Shown one piece after another: positions 58,801 to 64,000 of a stretch of DNA of 64,000 nt (its first letter is position 1; every line of letters starts with the position of its first letter). The DNA comes from Pelomyxa schiedti (Eukaryota; Protista; Evosea): positions 1 to 64,000 of the forward strand of contig JAHLWZ010000179.1 in the NCBI GenBank assembly GCA_020536535.1, given 5' to 3'. The notes beneath the pieces were generated by a model. The model was not told where the DNA came from. It saw nothing but the letters and a program-made list of their open reading frames with translations, and searched no databases. The position numbers were made by a program, and so were the translations under genes.

Positions 58801-60272
58801 AAAGTGGGCCCAGAATACTGCCGAAGCTTTATCTTTCTTGCATGAAAACAAAATTCTCTACGGTACGTTGGAAACTTGACACGTACTTATCTCAAGATTC
58901 CAAGGTGACCTCAAATGCTCCAATCTGCTCCTTGTTTCAACAGCTATTGATGCTTCAGTGAATTGTAAACTAACAGGTTTCAATCTTTGTATATTTATCG
59001 AGGGAAAGTGTAACCATTCTGTAGATTTTGGAACTGCTCGAATTGTGGACGAGATTGGTAAAGAGTGCTTTATTTCCCGAAAATTCCTCATTTCTTCTCC
59101 TAGACGACCCAAAGAACTATGTGCACCCACAAGGAACCCCAGCTTATTTGGTTTTTTTTCAAATATTGTAATTAGTGGTAACCTTCCCCAGGCTCCAGAA
59201 ATTCACAGGAACGCAAAAGAAACAGAAAAGACTCGACTTAACTATGCCGTAAGTTTTTATTTCTATTGTCAAAAATGACCTTCCTTAGATTGATGTATAC
59301 AGCTTTGGAATGTGCCTGTGGGAGATGTGGTCACGTGAGGAACCCTGGAGTTCCTTACTCTTCTGGGATATTGCCCCTACAGTCATATCAGGAAAACGCC
59401 CTCATATATCATCCAAGTGCCCCGAAATGTACGCTGAATTGATGAAGCGGTGCTGGGTCGACTCTCCAAAAGAACGGCCACACTTCGACGCCGTCAACAA
59501 AGAGCTCGATTTCTGGATCAAGCCCGCCATCGAGTACGTGCGCCAGAACCTACAGAAGCTGCGCCACAACAAAGTTGCCGGGCTGGCCGTGGGCACGGTA
59601 CTCCCTCACTGCAGCGGGACTCCTACCAAGATCAGCCAAGGCTCGTCCCCAGACAACACCGCCAGCAACAGCTCCGGGTTCGCCAGCAGCGTCTTCAACT
59701 TCGCCAACAGCCCGACAAGCTCAACCGGCGCCCCGACGACCTTCTCGGACGCCAGGAGCACCCACACTGTGAACTCGGCAGCAGCCCTCACCATCTCCCC
59801 GGCTTCCAGCAAAACGCACCGCGGGGTGACCTCCCGCGCCAAGACGGCGGCTCGCACCCGCCACGGCCGCGACAGTGACAGCGAAGGCGTGGAGCTCAGG
59901 CCTATGCCGGGGAGCAGCAGCAGCAGCCGGTCGACCAACTCTGTCGAAAACACATACCAGGCCCTCTCTTCCGACCAGCAGGATGAAATCCGCAAAATCG
60001 CGGGGACAGTCTTGGGCCACAGCAAAGCCAACCTCTTGCCGGGGGCGTCTAGCACCCCGTCCAGCGACCACACCTCCACCCCTCCTACCACTACTACCCC
60101 CACTGACACAAATAAGTTCAAGCAGCTCGGCGCTACCCACAACATCCGCGGCCGCACTGTGATTTCCACAACAGCCACGTCAACACCTACTTCACCAATG
60201 ATGACCCCTGCTGATTCTTCAGCTGTCTCTGTCTCTTCCAATCCAGGAGAGGCGGCAGAAAACAGAGTGTAG
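55865..60272 (+). CDS. Receptor TKL kinase: signal peptide, EGF-like x2, CUB, TM, TMK-type pre-kinase domain, non-RD kinase, Ser/Thr-rich tail
   Basis: CPSWCSLHGVC...CVCNPGWIGADC; GSIQS...CSWLI...LNFTF (CUB); TM IAIGFTVFCSILGGLIL...LYLII then RQKRKK; LYGDLKCSNLL, DFG, GTPAYLAPE, DVYSFG. Confidence 0.9.
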
Positions 60273-60430
60273 TGTAGAATAAGGAACCCTAGGCTAAAAA
60301 ATTTTTGTGGGAATACCCAATGGGCAAGTCTCACTGAGGCATCTTTTCTTCATTGCCTTCCTTTTGTATTTATCATAAAAAGTTGTGTGAGAAGAAAACA
60401 GGGATTTTTTTTAGAAAAACGAAATATTAA

Positions 60431-61695
60431 TTACAAGTTCAGTACGACTGTGGTTGTTGTTGTTGTACGGCCAGAAGTGGTCCTAGTGGTTGTGGTTGTT
60501 GTGTGCCCGTCCCTGGAGGTGTTATGGTGGGTTTCTGTCTGGTGAATTATTGTGTGGTGAACTGGAGAGTACTCGCTGTGGTGGTAGTGCTGGTGGCAGT
60601 TATTGTGAATGGAGTGGTGCAAAAAGGTGGGAGTTGTTGTATTGCTGTCTTCTGATTCCGCACTTTCACTTTCGCTATCACTGTCACTTTGACTTGACTC
60701 CTCACTGCCATCACTATATGTCGAGTGCATTGAGTTCCTCTCCCCGCCATTGTCCCTCTGGAAATGTTAGGTGGTTTCTATTCCACTGAAGAAAGGTGCC
60801 TTGCCTTGGCTGGAAGGCGGTGGGCAATTTCTTCTATATCCTCTTTAACATGTGAATATTCAGGCAGACTGCGCGCAAGATCGATAGCTTTCCAAGCTTC
60901 TTTGTATTGGTGTTGCACTTCATGACACACTGCTTTGCGCATACAAGTTTTCACTAAGATCACTAATGTGAAGTTAAAAAAGTGATGTCACTGCTGTTGA
61001 AATGTACTATGATGTGGGTGTAATTCTAAAACTCTATTGCAATCAACGAGGGCTCTAGCGTGCTGACCGAGCTTCATGTAACACAAGGCTCTATTCGCAA
61101 GAGGGAAAGGGTCCATGGGTGCACTTTCAGAAGCTAATGTGTAATACTCAATAGCCTGAGTGTAGTCAATCGAAAGCACAAAAATTAGAAAACAGCGCGG
61201 GAAATTTGGTTGCACACATGCCATTGCATATTCACTATTTTTGTAACAATCATTTCCTCTTTTTTTCAGTTCTTCGGTATCTAAGTGCTGTGACTCGTAA
61301 GATAGTTATCTACTGTGAGGAACGTGGGCTTACCTGTCCAGAGATAGGCCTCCCCGATGCCGAACTGGGTGGTGGTTTGACGTGTGCTCCTGGACTTGTT
61401 TGGCGTTGCTGGGCAAGGTGGTGCGACACAAGAGACCTCAGTGTCCACGATGGGTGCACGGGAGTTACGCAACCGCGGCACACCGGACACAACGTACTCT
61501 GCTCCATACATCTATTTATGCAGTACTCGCAAAACGAGTGACCGCACCTGTACGGCACAGGTTCGGTCAAACAGAGAAACAACCAACGTTAGCAACATAC
61601 GCAGTTTCGCAAGCATTCGTGAAGATCTCAGCACACACAGGACACAACAACAACGCTTCCGTTTGTCCCCCTCCGATCGTTGTAGATTGCTGCAT
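60431..61695 (-). CDS. RING-HC + TPR protein
   Basis: CPVCAEIFTNACETACGHSFCEYCI...CPVCR; LKKRGNDCYKNSEYAMAIEYYTLA...ANRALCYMKLG (TPR). Confidence 0.85.
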
Positions 61696-61842
61696 GACTC
61701 GCCGCTATTATCTGTGTTTGATTTGTTTGTGTGTTTTCCAGATCCTCTTTGCAACCACTCTGATCTTGAAAACATTTCTCCAAAACAAATAAAAGTAACA
61801 CAACCGATTACACAGAGCCCTGCAAACAACATCACCACCGCG

Positions 61843-62344
61843 ATGGCGTCGCGTAGCCCATCACCAGCACCCCCGCGTCCCCTGCGCCCGACCCCCACCC
61901 ACTTCTCGTCCTCCGTGGTCATCCCCCCGCCCCTTCCCAGCCCCTCCTCGTCCTCTCCCTCCACCACAGTGGTGACCAACTCCCCCACCCATTGGAAGCA
62001 GCAACAACAGCAGCTTGGATACGGCTACGGGTACGGTGGCGGGCCTGCGCCCCCGCCGATGCCCCAGGCGTCCATGTTTGTGACACCCAACCCATCGCCG
62101 TACCCGTCGCCGCCGGCCACCCCGCAGCACACGCCCCTCAACTCCCCGTATACGTCGCCGTTCGCGTCTCCCCCGTCGTCGCCGTGTACCTCCCCCGTGC
62201 CCTCGCCCACGCTCATGTGTGGCTCCCCCCTGATGTCGCCCATGTCGTCGCCGCCCCTTTCCCGCCACGACTCCCCGCGGACATCCTGGGGAGGGGAGGC
62301 CTCACTGTCCTCGTCATATTCGCCCCCTCCCTCGCCCTTCGCAG

Positions 62345-62387
<43 letters not shown>

Positions 62388-64000
62388 GACGTTCATGTCT
62401 GGGCCCGACATACAGCCCAGCAGCTCTCTATCGGCGTCGCTGTCGCCCCCGTCTACGCTGCCGTCGTTATCGACCGCTGCAGCAGCAGCTACGCAGTCAC
62501 TGTCCTTGGCAAGAGTCAGCCCCAAAGAAGGTATTCATTCCTGTTCGTCATTCGCATTTATGCTGTGCTCGTGAATTCTAACTAACTTTATAACTCCATG
62601 ACGCAGATTCGACGGCAAGGTGGGCAAGGGAGTTGATTTCTTCTCAACAGCAGCTTTATGAACTTGGCAACGAAATCGGAAGAGGGGCTTACGGAATCGT
62701 TTTGTAAGTATCTTTCTGACTTAGCTTAAACTTACAACACATTTGAAGCTCTGGTGTATGCCTTCAGACTCGGGAGCCAGTTGCTATAAAGTTGATTGAA
62801 GGCTGTTGCGAGAACGAAAACGAGTCTCGGAGATACATAAGAGAGATCAAAATAATGAAATACTTTGCGCATTCTACTCATGTTCGGATCCCTCATAACA
62901 TGCCAACAAGTGCGAGACAGCTTACTTTTTTTAGGTACTTGGACTCATTGACATTTTCCCATTGAGCGAGGGCAATCAAAAATTTGCACATATGTTTTTT
63001 CCCTCAAACTTTTCTTTCCATTACTTACTTGGAAGCAAAAACACAAGAGGTCTTGTTTCAGAACTTATGGACTGTGACCTTCGCACATTGATTTATGACA
63101 GGGGTCCGATTTCTTCTGAACAGTGCCGTATCATAATGTACGGAATTTTGTGTGGGGCACATGAAATCCACTCTGCTTGCATTGTGCATAGAGATTTGAG
63201 GTAATAATATATTATTACCCTGGCGATAGTCAACAATATAACTAGACCAAAGAACATTCTCATTAAAGGCAATCGTGTAAAAATATGTGATTTTGGCCTG
63301 GCCAGAGGTCAGTCACACCGCATGAGTCTACTGTCAAACCTTTCACACCAGTGGTATACTGCTCCTGAAGGTTCTTTTCACTGACCCTTTGTAACAATTT
63401 CTCACCTTCCAAAAAATAGGTCTTTTCAACAACAACTGGTTCGCGATCCTTTTGCGTTTCAACTCTCATTTTATATAGCTACACCACTGCAGTTGATGTA
63501 TGGAGTTTGGGTTGCATATTTGCAGAAATGCTTACAAACCAAATTTTATTCAAAGGCGAATCCAGACGTAAGCTGAATTCATTTCTTGTGGGGACTAACT
63601 GTACAATAGTTGTACGGCAAGTTGAAAAGATATTTCAAGTCCTTGGAACCCCTAATGAAGAGACAATAAACCGAATTTGTGGCAAACACGAACGCGTATG
63701 CAATGCGTGTGTTATGTAAACTGCCTTACTTTCTGTAGTGGCTTGCACAAATTCAAGAGCTTCCCTTGTACCCTGTCACCCCCTTAGAAACACATTTCCC
63801 GAGTGCCCCTCCTGATGGTAGGATATATCATGTTGCCTTTCTAATTTACCTACTGACATAAGGTATTCACCTTCTTCAAATGATGCTTGTGGTCAACCCG
63901 GCTGAGAGAATTACAACCACAGCAGCGTTGTCCCATCCTTATTTCACTGGGGTTGCAAACCTCGCTACTGATGAAAAACCCCTTGTGCGTGCCCTCCCTC
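61843..64000 (+). CDS. MAPK-like CMGC kinase with Pro/Ser-rich N-terminus; runs off the window end
   Basis: IGRGAYGIV...VAIK...YIREIKIM...ELMDCDL...[16 protein letters not shown]...KICDFGLAR...WYTAPE...[12 protein letters not shown]. Confidence 0.88.
62354..62386 (+). repeat. (CAG)n poly-Gln microsatellite
   Basis: Uninterrupted CAG run in kinase exon 1. Confidence 0.9.

Noticed and set aside
59230-59290. Non-canonical donor after ETEK in the receptor kinase
   Set aside because: A strong in-phase GTAAGT donor 18 nt downstream explains the junction with a small insertion
1-64000. Alternative genetic code or stop readthrough; tRNA, rRNA, CRISPR or transposase
   Set aside because: Apparent in-frame stops in the conserved genes I traced resolve as introns; no such RNA genes, arrays or transposase/RT motifs were recognised by eye

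Overview
Gene-dense eukaryotic genomic DNA. It carries about 26 protein-coding genes broken by many short introns (mostly 35-70 nt), so the ORF track fragments or misses them; I rebuilt the genes by manual splicing. Three 100-N scaffold gaps sit next to duplicated sequence. Two features point to a flagellated archamoeba such as Pelomyxa or Mastigamoeba (inference, not proven): a BBSome subunit, and two kinases with the pre-kinase domain typical of Entamoeba transmembrane kinases (TMK). Conserved genes include RTF1, tetraspanin, PHO80-type cyclin, Mei2-like RRM, VPS55, RING E3s, SWI3/SMARCC, a PI3K-like kinase, WS/DGAT, NUP98, BBS2, MEIOB, KynB, LRRC40-like, CCHCR1-like, PAN2, a receptor TKL kinase and a MAPK-like kinase. 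The most unusual items are: (1) one spliced gene (3835-9670) with a TMK-type pseudokinase module inserted into a parallel beta-helix, followed by an intact plant-RLK/Pelle-like kinase; (2) a stand-alone clathrin terminal domain next to an N-acylated, prenylation-less Rab5-like GTPase; (3) two introns best explained by the same non-canonical GA donor (AG|GAAAGTA), plus several GC-AG introns; (4) a CPBP-like membrane/CK1-like kinase chimera with two single-A frameshifts, ending in a 179-nt hairpin built from inverted coiled-coil repeat units. No tRNA, rRNA, CRISPR array or transposon was recognised.
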